From the IMG/VR virus record IMGVR_UViG_3300021255_001592: a stretch of DNA of 20,000 nucleotides. The stretch is one strand, 5' to 3'. This stretch comes from an uncultured virus (IMG/VR IMGVR_UViG_3300021255_001592). Its lineage: Duplodnaviria > Heunggongvirae > Uroviricota > Caudoviricetes > Crassvirales. The notes beneath the pieces were generated by a model, which made no database searches, was not told the origin of the DNA, and saw only the letters and a program-made list of their open reading frames with translations. Each line of letters begins with the position of its first letter. Within the stretch, counting starts at the first letter, position 1. Positions 8,511-16,138 of the stretch are shown one piece after another. The position numbers and the translations under genes were made by a program.

Positions 8511-9060
8511 AGGCTTCCTCACTTTTTAAGAATTTGGAAATATCGTCTTGATAATTGATGCTGGTTGGTCTTGGTAAGTTGACGATATATTTATCTATAT
8601 CATCTTCGACAACTATCTTGAGATCATATACTCCTTCAGCATAACCCAGTATCTGGTTCTTTATACCATTATACCATATTGTCTTTGTGTCAAGGATAAA
8701 CTGTTTACTCAAGTGCGCCACATACCCATGTGTAGCCTTTCCTATTATATAAATAATATGAAAATGTCCAGAAGAATCTCTTTCCATACCTATAACAGGA
8801 TGAACATACACCTCTTTGTCTGATTTACCTATCTTCATTCTATGAATAAGTATAGAGCATCCTGTAATTGAACCAGCAGCAGAAGGAAAAGATGGTCTGG
8901 GCTCTACAATATTTGATACTATTATAGGATAAAACTTAGGATGTCTTTGCTGTCTTGATGAATCCAACACACAGTCATCAGGACATCTTATGTAAAGTAC
9001 AGAGTCATTTAAGCTATATACAGAATTTATACTTGAATCTAAAAACCTATATACATTCAT
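8485..9060 (-). CDS. Hypothetical protein translationally coupled to the E1 gene
   Basis: 191-aa ORF; ATG overlaps the E1 stop (TAATG at 9062..9058); no motif recognised. Confidence 0.7.
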   Translation of the reverse strand: MNVYRFLDSSINSVYSLNDSVLYIRCPDDCVLDSSRQQRHPKFYPIIVSNIVEPRPSFPSAAGSITGCSILIHRMKIGKSDKEVYVHPVIGMERDSSGHFHIIYIIGKATHGYVAHLSKQFILDTKTIWYNGIKNQILGYAEGVYDLKIVVEDDIDKYIVNLPRPTSINYQDDISKFLKSEEAYEYIGAGQ

Positions 9061-10115
9061 TATATATCAGTTTTAAGCCACATCATTTCACCAAGATACT
9101 CTGTCTTGAATGGAATCTCTCTGGCTGCACCACCATCAAGTCCTGAAGCGACAAAGTTGACAAACACATTAGTGATTATAGAAGCTATCATATTAGCCAT
9201 GAATGAGGTTTGTTTATATGAGCAAATCTCTGAGTCGGCCTCATAATCATTAAACAGTGTGGCCTCATACCTTTTCCAGTCACTCTCACAGTCTCCAGAC
9301 ACAGCGAATACCTGAAGAGTCTCCGCTGCTAACCTACCATCAATAAACAGGCATTCCTTCCTTCTTTCTTGTGGAAGCTCCCTAATAGTTGTCAGCCATG
9401 TATAAAATACAGTCCTTCTTGCTGCCATAGAATCAAGGCATGCGATGACTATATCTGAATGCAAGCTTCCGGTGTCAAATCTTTCGTTTATCACAGTAGT
9501 GTTATGGTAGTAGCTGTATTTAGTTATGGCATTAGCGACAGCATCAACCTTGAATCTGTCAACATCTTCAGTAGAATAAAACTGCCCAGACAGATTTCCA
9601 AGTTCCACAATATCATCATCGTAAAGCAATAAGGATCTGACCCCAAGTCTGCTGATTAACAGACTTGTCCATGAGCCTATTCCTCCTTGACCTACAATAG
9701 TGACCTGTTCATTGGCAATTTTGTCATACCACATAGCACCTGAGAATCTTGAAGTAGCCTCAGCAGCAATTCTTGACCTGACTATTGGAGTAGAAGATTC
9801 TGGTGTTTCTTGCTGCTGGCTCTCTTGATTTTGAGTTACAGCATCAACATCATTATTCTCCTCTTCATCTTCCTCGTCTTCCTCGTCTTCTTCAAATTCA
9901 TCAGGCAAGGTAACATCATTAATGGAAGCATCAGAGTCAGGAGATGTTTGTGGTTCATTATTGAGCATCCCAGAAAACATTTCCTGAATATCCAAAGCCT
10001 CAGACTCAGTTATCTGAACAGTATCTGTCTGATTGTTATTAGAATCAGGCAAAGACTGCGGCACTGTGGCATGTGACTGTGTCGCAGCCATTAACCTCTC
10101 TCTTAAATTTGTCAT
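9060..10115 (-). CDS. E1-like ThiF/MoeB adenylyltransferase with acidic N-terminal extension; likely start ATG 10115
   Basis: SRFS (Arg finger), IVGQGGIGSW, DDDIVELGNLSGQ, KVDA, CLDSMAAR, IDGR, and Cys in EICSYKQT; TAATG overlap with the JAB stop. Confidence 0.92.
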   Translation of the reverse strand: MTNLRERLMAATQSHATVPQSLPDSNNNQTDTVQITESEALDIQEMFSGMLNNEPQTSPDSDASINDVTLPDEFEEDEEDEEDEEENNDVDAVTQNQESQQQETPESSTPIVRSRIAAEATSRFSGAMWYDKIANEQVTIVGQGGIGSWTSLLISRLGVRSLLLYDDDIVELGNLSGQFYSTEDVDRFKVDAVANAITKYSYYHNTTVINERFDTGSLHSDIVIACLDSMAARRTVFYTWLTTIRELPQERRKECLFIDGRLAAETLQVFAVSGDCESDWKRYEATLFNDYEADSEICSYKQTSFMANMIASIITNVFVNFVASGLDGGAAREIPFKTEYLGEMMWLKTDI

Positions 10116-11179
10116 TACCAACCCATTATTTCAATAACAATATCAAATAACCTGTTAAGGACATCATTGACTTTATCTGCCATAAGTTTGTTATCACAGA
10201 CAAAATCATAGTCCTCTATAAATAGAGTGAGGTCATTGCATAAGTTTGAGAAAGCAAGTGAATCCTCGTCGCTTCCACACTCTTTCTTAAGTGATGAAAG
10301 CATCCTCTTTTTAAGGACAGTATCAGAAGTCTTTCCTTTCTTCAGGAACTCCTGCACACATTCAGTGATGTTTCCATATGGCTTGTCAGGACATAAGGTT
10401 TTCTTTATTATCCTCTCACAAGCAGTTGGATTTATCACAACATCAGATGCTTCGATGTCTTCAATCTCATCAGTGTCAAACATCTTTAGTTGTACAGGAG
10501 TGTTATAATACACATTCGAGTCTTTTTTATTTGAATCTTTCTTTTCTTGAAGAATAGACTCTATCTTATCACTGACATCATCAAACCAAGAATCTCTCTC
10601 AACTGTAATGTCAAGATAATTATACCTGATACACGTATCAGAGAAGCTTTTTTCTGTAGGTACTGTCAGAGACTCTGATCCTCCACCGAAAGCATCCACA
10701 GACTCATCCACAGTTCCCCTGAACCATCTTGTTATCCTACTGGTAATTGCCGCAGTGTATTCGCCTTTATTATTGACAATAAGACTCACAAAATGAGGCA
10801 TTGAGCTGCCTTCTGACTTTAAGGTGTCTGTATCAGTTCCGCTGAAAAACGACCCCATGCGATTGTGAGAATGCAGCAACCCGATATAACAATCGAGTAA
10901 ATCATTGTCACACATATAGGTAATTACCTCTGGTTTAGTCTCAAACTCAGTGTATGTAGAGGTTCCTATGTCACAAAGGCAGAAATCGACGCAGACAATC
11001 TTCAAGCTGTTATCATTAAATGACCCTTCTACCTTATAAAACAGGGCTCCAGAATACTCCCTGTCATTAAACATGGCACACAGGTATCGTATCTTATCCT
11101 CTAGAGATTTTGTTACAGTAAGCTTGTACTTGGTCTCGTCCCTAACAAGCTTTATTTGATTGTTGCTCTTGTTCTCCAT
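10115..11179 (-). CDS. JAB/MPN+ metallopeptidase with C-terminal extension
   Basis: N-terminal Glu in REYSG plus HSHNRMGSFFSGTD (HxH-x7-S-x2-D JAMM motif) at 10832..10873. Confidence 0.9.
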   Translation of the reverse strand: MENKSNNQIKLVRDETKYKLTVTKSLEDKIRYLCAMFNDREYSGALFYKVEGSFNDNSLKIVCVDFCLCDIGTSTYTEFETKPEVITYMCDNDLLDCYIGLLHSHNRMGSFFSGTDTDTLKSEGSSMPHFVSLIVNNKGEYTAAITSRITRWFRGTVDESVDAFGGGSESLTVPTEKSFSDTCIRYNYLDITVERDSWFDDVSDKIESILQEKKDSNKKDSNVYYNTPVQLKMFDTDEIEDIEASDVVINPTACERIIKKTLCPDKPYGNITECVQEFLKKGKTSDTVLKKRMLSSLKKECGSDEDSLAFSNLCNDLTLFIEDYDFVCDNKLMADKVNDVLNRLFDIVIEIMGW

Positions 11180-12101
11180 ATTTATAATTAACTAATTGAG
11201 TAATAGTTGAATATATCCAAGATATAATAGAAGTGTCTACCACAGATACATAAGAGATATTCCCACTGTCAGATGCTGTGATAACTAATGGTTTATTGAC
11301 ACCCTTGAATGTTATGTATATATCATTATGCACTCCAGGATTTATAGAAGACGTGTTGCTACTGGTATACAATTCACCATTTTTTAATATGTAATTGCGG
11401 GACTTGTTATGCCAATGACTGATATGATATTCATCATCATAGGCAAGGGCAGCTTTACTGACAAGTAGTACAAAATCAATATCAGACATGGCTATCTTAT
11501 ATCTTCCCTTATTATATACTACCGGAATGTCATACTTTTCAACAAGCCATCTATATAATAAGATGTCATAAGAATCGGTGGTGTGATACTTTATCATTGA
11601 GCATATAATCCGTAGATTTACTTTGTATCCAGCGCCTATGGTTGAAAGTCTTCTATATGGAACTCCAGCTATAGATTCTGTCTTGGTATAAAGGTCAAGC
11701 TCTCCACAAAACAATGTCCATAATCCCTCATCGAAACTTAAGGTCAATGAGCTCATAGTGCTGTTTATTGGTCCAGTGCCGAAACAAAGGGTGCTATACT
11801 CATTGGAGTTGGTAGGAACTCCGTGACTACAATGAGAATGTCTGTAATCAGAGGCACATTCATTAGTAGTGAATGTTGACCTCCCCATTCTTGGTAATAT
11901 AACCATCCTACCATCGACAGTGACACTGAATTTCACAAAGAGGTCTCTTACTGTTGTGTTCTCTCCATATTCATTTGTAACAGTGACTACTGGAAACCAG
12001 ACTATTATGTCATAGCCCATAGAGTTAGGTACTATATCAACTCTATCTTCTCCATAATAGTCATATAGAATCTCTTTTAACTTTTCTATATTTTCAGACA
12101 T
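11142..12101 (-). CDS. Putative prokaryotic E2-like conjugating enzyme with C-terminal extension; likely start ATG 12101
   Basis: YRHSHC...TLCFGTG resembles the E2 HPH/HPN...(I/L)C.G arrangement (Cys codon 11786..11784), followed by a W-containing helix; located between Ubl and JAB genes. Confidence 0.65.
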   Translation of the reverse strand: MSENIEKLKEILYDYYGEDRVDIVPNSMGYDIIVWFPVVTVTNEYGENTTVRDLFVKFSVTVDGRMVILPRMGRSTFTTNECASDYRHSHCSHGVPTNSNEYSTLCFGTGPINSTMSSLTLSFDEGLWTLFCGELDLYTKTESIAGVPYRRLSTIGAGYKVNLRIICSMIKYHTTDSYDILLYRWLVEKYDIPVVYNKGRYKIAMSDIDFVLLVSKAALAYDDEYHISHWHNKSRNYILKNGELYTSSNTSSINPGVHNDIYITFKGVNKPLVITASDSGNISYVSVVDTSIISWIYSTITQLVNYKYGEQEQQSNKAC

Positions 12102-12104
12102 AAT

Positions 12105-12152
12105 AGCCAATAAATAATAATATGCCCCCAAGATTTCTCTTGAGGGCATATT
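12105..12152 (-). terminator. Strong hairpin / probable intrinsic terminator between Ubl and E2 genes
   Basis: Minus-strand RNA AAUAUGCCCUCAAGA-GAAA-UCUUGGGGGCAUAUU: 15-bp stem with one U-G pair and a GNRA loop, followed by AUUAUUUAUU. Confidence 0.75.
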
Positions 12153-12163
12153 CAACACAAATA

Positions 12164-12874
12164 TTAGTCAAAGAACTTTCCGAAGAGCTCATGAAGCTCG
12201 TCATTGGAAATGATGGTGTGCTCGTCAGGCTTTGTAATCTCAACAGGATTAATATAGCCAAGCTTGACCATGCCATAGATGATGTGCTTGAGGCCATCAA
12301 TCATATTGTCTGCGGCAGAGGTTTCAGAGCAGTCATCGTCCTCTTCCTCATTATCCTCGTCATCGTCTTCATCCTCATCATCATAGTCTTCCAAGGATGA
12401 GGAGCTGGTGTAGTGGTCATCACAGCAAGAGCACGTCTTCTGCTTTTCCTCTCCCCCTTTCTCATCAGTATCGTCTTTAAGGGATTCAAGAAAACTAATG
12501 AGAGCCTCAGTGCTTATATTGGTGAAGTTCTTGCCAAAATGCTCCTTGATTCTCTCAGCAAGGTGATTATCACGAATAATAGTATAAATATCTATCCTAT
12601 CTACACCACCACTCTTGATCTTCTTCTGTGGAGAAGTCAGCAGGAACACAAGGTCATTAGTCACCCCTCCCTTATAAGGAATATTTGTAGGAAGCACAGC
12701 CTCATCAAGATTCATCTCAAGTTTAGAATGTCCCTCAAGGAACGTCATTCCAGAATAACTGACATTCCTGGAGTCAAGCTCCCTCTTGAGTTCCCCAAGA
12801 GTAGTGGCATCACTCTCAAAAGCAACCTGTGACTGAGTAGCGGATGAAACAACGATAATCTTTCTCTTTTCCAT
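12164..12874 (-). CDS. Ubiquitin-like (beta-grasp) protein precursor with ~146-aa C-terminal extension
   Basis: Residues 1-90 show a beta-beta-alpha-beta pattern (RKIIVVS, VAFES, TTLGELKREL, MTFLEG, LVFLLT) ending in KKIKSGG (G89-G90 at 12610..12605); first gene before E2/JAB/E1. Confidence 0.75.
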   Translation of the reverse strand: MEKRKIIVVSSATQSQVAFESDATTLGELKRELDSRNVSYSGMTFLEGHSKLEMNLDEAVLPTNIPYKGGVTNDLVFLLTSPQKKIKSGGVDRIDIYTIIRDNHLAERIKEHFGKNFTNISTEALISFLESLKDDTDEKGGEEKQKTCSCCDDHYTSSSSLEDYDDEDEDDDEDNEEEDDDCSETSAADNMIDGLKHIIYGMVKLGYINPVEITKPDEHTIISNDELHELFGKFFD

Positions 12875-12896
12875 AATTAAAACACATTAATATCTT

Positions 12897-13889
12897 TTAC
12901 ACAATCAGTGATTGCATAACAGTAATAAAAACTTCTTTACCCCAGTCCCTATATAAGTCAGACGGGTCTTTGGATTTATAAAAATCAGGTATCTCTATCT
13001 GTGTAAGATTAAACATCTCAGAAAGATTCTTTCCAAACACTCTTCCATGATTCTCTTCTCCTTTTTCAGAAGCCTTGAAGTCATTATCATAGAAGACATA
13101 TATTTTCTTGAATCTGTCTTTTAGTTGCTCAACAACGTGCTCTTTGGGAATATATCCCTCTCCCTGAAGAGATAAAGATGGAATACCGGTATTAGCCCAC
13201 AAGCATAAGGCGTCCTTTCTTGAAGATGTTATAATAAGCCTCTCACCACTTTCTGGTAACTTACTCCAAAGGTCCCAAACACTGGAATCGTGCTTACTAA
13301 TCCATTTCATCTTCTCACTGAAAGGCTGATATACTTTTATACTTACGATTCCATCTTTTCTTTCAACATAGGCATAAGAGTATTTATCCGCTGGAACAAT
13401 CTTAGTCACTCCATCTTTTGTGAAGAACATTTCTGTTATAGGATGTACATCTCCAAAGACTAACCAGTCTTTGCTGATTCCAAACTGTTTCCAAAAATCC
13501 AAATCATAGTCTCTCCACTCTCTTGTTTTGACCTCAAGAGTAGATTTTGTAACCAGACTTTTCTTTCTTCTTAACCCTTTTCCAAGACTGATGTCACCTA
13601 TAACTCCAGTATCAGAAGCTATTTTGGATATAGTCTGATTAAATGATGTGTGCCACAACCTTGAGAGGAAGTCATATAGACTTCCTCCCTCAGATGTAGC
13701 AAAATCCTTATAACAGAGATTACCTGATTTTGAGTAATAAAGGCTCAATGAGGGCCTTTTGTCATCCCTGAATGGTGAGCATATCAAACAGGGAACCTTA
13801 ACTCCAAGATACTTCTCAGCTATTTCAGCATCTGAATACCGCTGCCGTATCTCAGATAAAGAGACTGACTTAAAGCCCTTATTGAACAT
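12897..13889 (-). CDS. DNA primase (DnaG/TOPRIM type, crAss-like)
   Basis: CSPFRDDKRPS and YKDF N-terminal domain, KVYQP, IITSSRKD, YDND, KDPSD. Confidence 0.88.
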   Translation of the reverse strand: MFNKGFKSVSLSEIRQRYSDAEIAEKYLGVKVPCLICSPFRDDKRPSLSLYYSKSGNLCYKDFATSEGGSLYDFLSRLWHTSFNQTISKIASDTGVIGDISLGKGLRRKKSLVTKSTLEVKTREWRDYDLDFWKQFGISKDWLVFGDVHPITEMFFTKDGVTKIVPADKYSYAYVERKDGIVSIKVYQPFSEKMKWISKHDSSVWDLWSKLPESGERLIITSSRKDALCLWANTGIPSLSLQGEGYIPKEHVVEQLKDRFKKIYVFYDNDFKASEKGEENHGRVFGKNLSEMFNLTQIEIPDFYKSKDPSDLYRDWGKEVFITVMQSLIV

Positions 13890-13893
13890 TTAC

Positions 13894-14844
13894 TTAGATA
13901 GAAGGTGTAGCAAACGGATTAAATGCCTCTCCCTCAAATGTTGAGGCAGGCATATCATTAGATGACTCATCAAAAGATGTCGGAGTCTCCACATACTCAT
14001 GGAGATCACAGACCTCAAACTCAGTATTAGGATAGGCTCCAGCATTCTTGGAAGCCTTTACCTCACCATCAAGCTTTGAATAGTCTGTGACGCCATTTCT
14101 CAGAAACATCTTCGTGTACACATCCTGATACTTCTTGTTTTCTTGAGTAGTCTTGATTCCAAACAAGACCTTGAGCTTGTTATCAGGCTGGAAGGTGGCT
14201 ATCTGAGTGACCTCAGAGAAATCTCCCTTAAAGTAATCCTGAACATGCTCAAGCCTTGCAAGGGCATCATCAGGATTGTCAATAAGACCAACTATCTGCC
14301 TGTTGCTCCACTTCTCAACTGAGGGAATATTAAGATATGTCTTGATAAACTCAGTGAGCTCTTCCTCTCCAACATAAGCAGGGCGATAATCCTTATCTAT
14401 CCTTGCTGGGCCACTGGTATAATTAGGAATAGCGTGGCTCTTAGCCTCCTCAACAGAAGCCCATGCTGTCCTTCCATACTTATCTATGACCTGAACTTTG
14501 GACTTGTCCCTGTTGAACTTATACTCGTTCCTGACAAAGAAGGTAATACGATTAACAAGGTCAATAGGCTCACCATCATTGTTCTTATACTTGCCTTCAG
14601 CAACTTTGACAATGAAGTCAACTCTCGCTGTCTTTACCTTTTTACCATCAACATCAACCTCACCAAGATAGTTGGGGTCATTGTCAATAGTGGTATTATA
14701 AAACTCACCAAGTTTCTCCTTGGTAGGATTAACTCCAAGAATCTTGACACTGGCGACTCCTATATATCTTTTAAGGGTAGCTCCCTCTTCAGAAGATTTC
14801 TGACCCTTGCTGAATGCCATAAAAAGTTTATTAGTTCTGCTCAT
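13894..14844 (-). CDS. Putative single-stranded DNA-binding protein
   Basis: Beta-rich N-terminal part, acidic tail ending in an NPF-containing motif, located between Sak4-like ATPase and primase. Confidence 0.55.
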   Translation of the reverse strand: MSRTNKLFMAFSKGQKSSEEGATLKRYIGVASVKILGVNPTKEKLGEFYNTTIDNDPNYLGEVDVDGKKVKTARVDFIVKVAEGKYKNNDGEPIDLVNRITFFVRNEYKFNRDKSKVQVIDKYGRTAWASVEEAKSHAIPNYTSGPARIDKDYRPAYVGEEELTEFIKTYLNIPSVEKWSNRQIVGLIDNPDDALARLEHVQDYFKGDFSEVTQIATFQPDNKLKVLFGIKTTQENKKYQDVYTKMFLRNGVTDYSKLDGEVKASKNAGAYPNTEFEVCDLHEYVETPTSFDESSNDMPASTFEGEAFNPFATPSI

Positions 14845-14855
14845 AATCTCAATTA

Positions 14856-15170
14856 TTAAAGGTTAAACGGAAAATCTGGGTCTTCAACCTGAGGATGTGA
14901 CTCCTCTTCAGCCTCATTTGTGGGTTCTGCTGGTGCGGATTCCACATTCTCCTCTTGTGGAGTATCCCAACTGGCGATAATCTCCTCAACAGACATGTTA
15001 TACTTCTGCTTCCAAGGAGCGTCAAATGCCTCAATCTGATTCTGAAGCATCTCAATCTCACTGATGAGAGCCTCCGCCTTAACCTGAAGTTTGTCCCTCT
15101 TAGTCCTAAGAGCCTTAGTGTTCTGCGCTGTCCTCTTGATAGCGGCTTTCTCAAATCTACTGATTTCCAT
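14856..15170 (-). CDS. Small coiled-coil protein with acidic tail ending EDPDFPFNL
   Basis: Heptad pattern over residues ~20-50; acidic disordered C-terminus. Confidence 0.7.
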   Translation of the reverse strand: MEISRFEKAAIKRTAQNTKALRTKRDKLQVKAEALISEIEMLQNQIEAFDAPWKQKYNMSVEEIIASWDTPQEENVESAPAEPTNEAEEESHPQVEDPDFPFNL

Positions 15171-15252
15171 AATATATTAATGTAGACTGTTTGATACCCT
15201 ATACTGCATATAGGGCACTAAAGTTACTATTTTATTTTTATTCTATAAACTA

Positions 15253-15933
15253 TTATCCGTAATACTCATTCATCTTATCAACAACATACTGAAGGTCATT
15301 GCTGATGAAATCTTCCTCAAACATGCCTTCTGGAGTCTTGCAAGGAAGTTCCACTCCTCCAACTCTCATCTTGTGAGTATAGAATCCATAGGTAGGAACT
15401 CCTTTCTCATCATACTTAGGCTGAGCAAAAAGAGTCACTGACACGCTCTCAAGAGGATTATACATCTTGTCAAGCAGCTTGCCTACAGATGCTGACTTAT
15501 ATCCTACAAGAGACCCATCAGACTCCACATTCTCAATATGAAGAAGCATGAAGACATTGAGGTCATTCCTCAGGGAACTACATTTCGCTATGATTTTCCT
15601 AAAATGGTCTGCAAGCTCATTATACTTATCATAGCCTCTCTCCTTACTCCTGTCAAAGAATTCTGTCCTCATAACGTAAATAGCATCATCAAGAACCACA
15701 TTCTTAACATGTGTAGCGCTCTTATTGATAGCATCTAGCATTGAAAGAATATTGTTATAGTCATTAATAACAAACAAGTTCTTGTTCTCAGCATTATACA
15801 TGGAGTTGCTTCCCTTGAAAGGAAGCCTCTTTCCAAGAACATTGATAATGACAGTCTCTTTAGGATTAAGACTCTTGATACTGGTACTCTTTCCACATCC
15901 AGTATCACCGAGAATAATTGCGAAATTACTCAT
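15253..15933 (-). CDS. AAA ATPase, Sak4/AAA_24-like
   Basis: Walker A GDTGCGKS, Walker B VVLDD, LLHIE, CKTPEGMF. Confidence 0.85.
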   Translation of the reverse strand: MSNFAIILGDTGCGKSTSIKSLNPKETVIINVLGKRLPFKGSNSMYNAENKNLFVINDYNNILSMLDAINKSATHVKNVVLDDAIYVMRTEFFDRSKERGYDKYNELADHFRKIIAKCSSLRNDLNVFMLLHIENVESDGSLVGYKSASVGKLLDKMYNPLESVSVTLFAQPKYDEKGVPTYGFYTHKMRVGGVELPCKTPEGMFEEDFISNDLQYVVDKMNEYYG

Positions 15934-16138
15934 ACTGTTCTTTAAAAATTAAACTGGTTTTACCATTTATTTCACTGATACTTAGCTTCTTATTACCATT
16001 AAATATACTAAAAAACGGTAAGAAATCCAAAGCTTTTTGTGGTGAAATAGCCTCTGGTTTACCAGAATTTCTTATATAATAACAGGGCATATTGTCATTA
16101 ATGTACCCAGTTACTATTACCTTATCATCTAAATTCAT
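15926..16138 (-). CDS. Hypothetical protein (70 aa)
   Basis: ATGA overlap with the DnaB stop and 8-nt overlap with the next gene. Confidence 0.6.
   Translation of the reverse strand: MNLDDKVIVTGYINDNMPCYYIRNSGKPEAISPQKALDFLPFFSIFNGNKKLSISEINGKTSLIFKEQYE

Noticed and set aside
9060..10115. ThiF as a thiamine or molybdopterin biosynthesis auxiliary metabolic gene
   Set aside because: No thiG/moaE-type partners in the window, zinc CxxC motifs absent, and its neighbours are JAB, E2-like and Ubl genes
9856..12390. Short tandem repeats (9-nt units near 9856-9895; TCA/TCG-rich run near 12330-12390)
   Set aside because: They simply encode D/E tracts; no spacer structure, so not a CRISPR array or an independent repeat element
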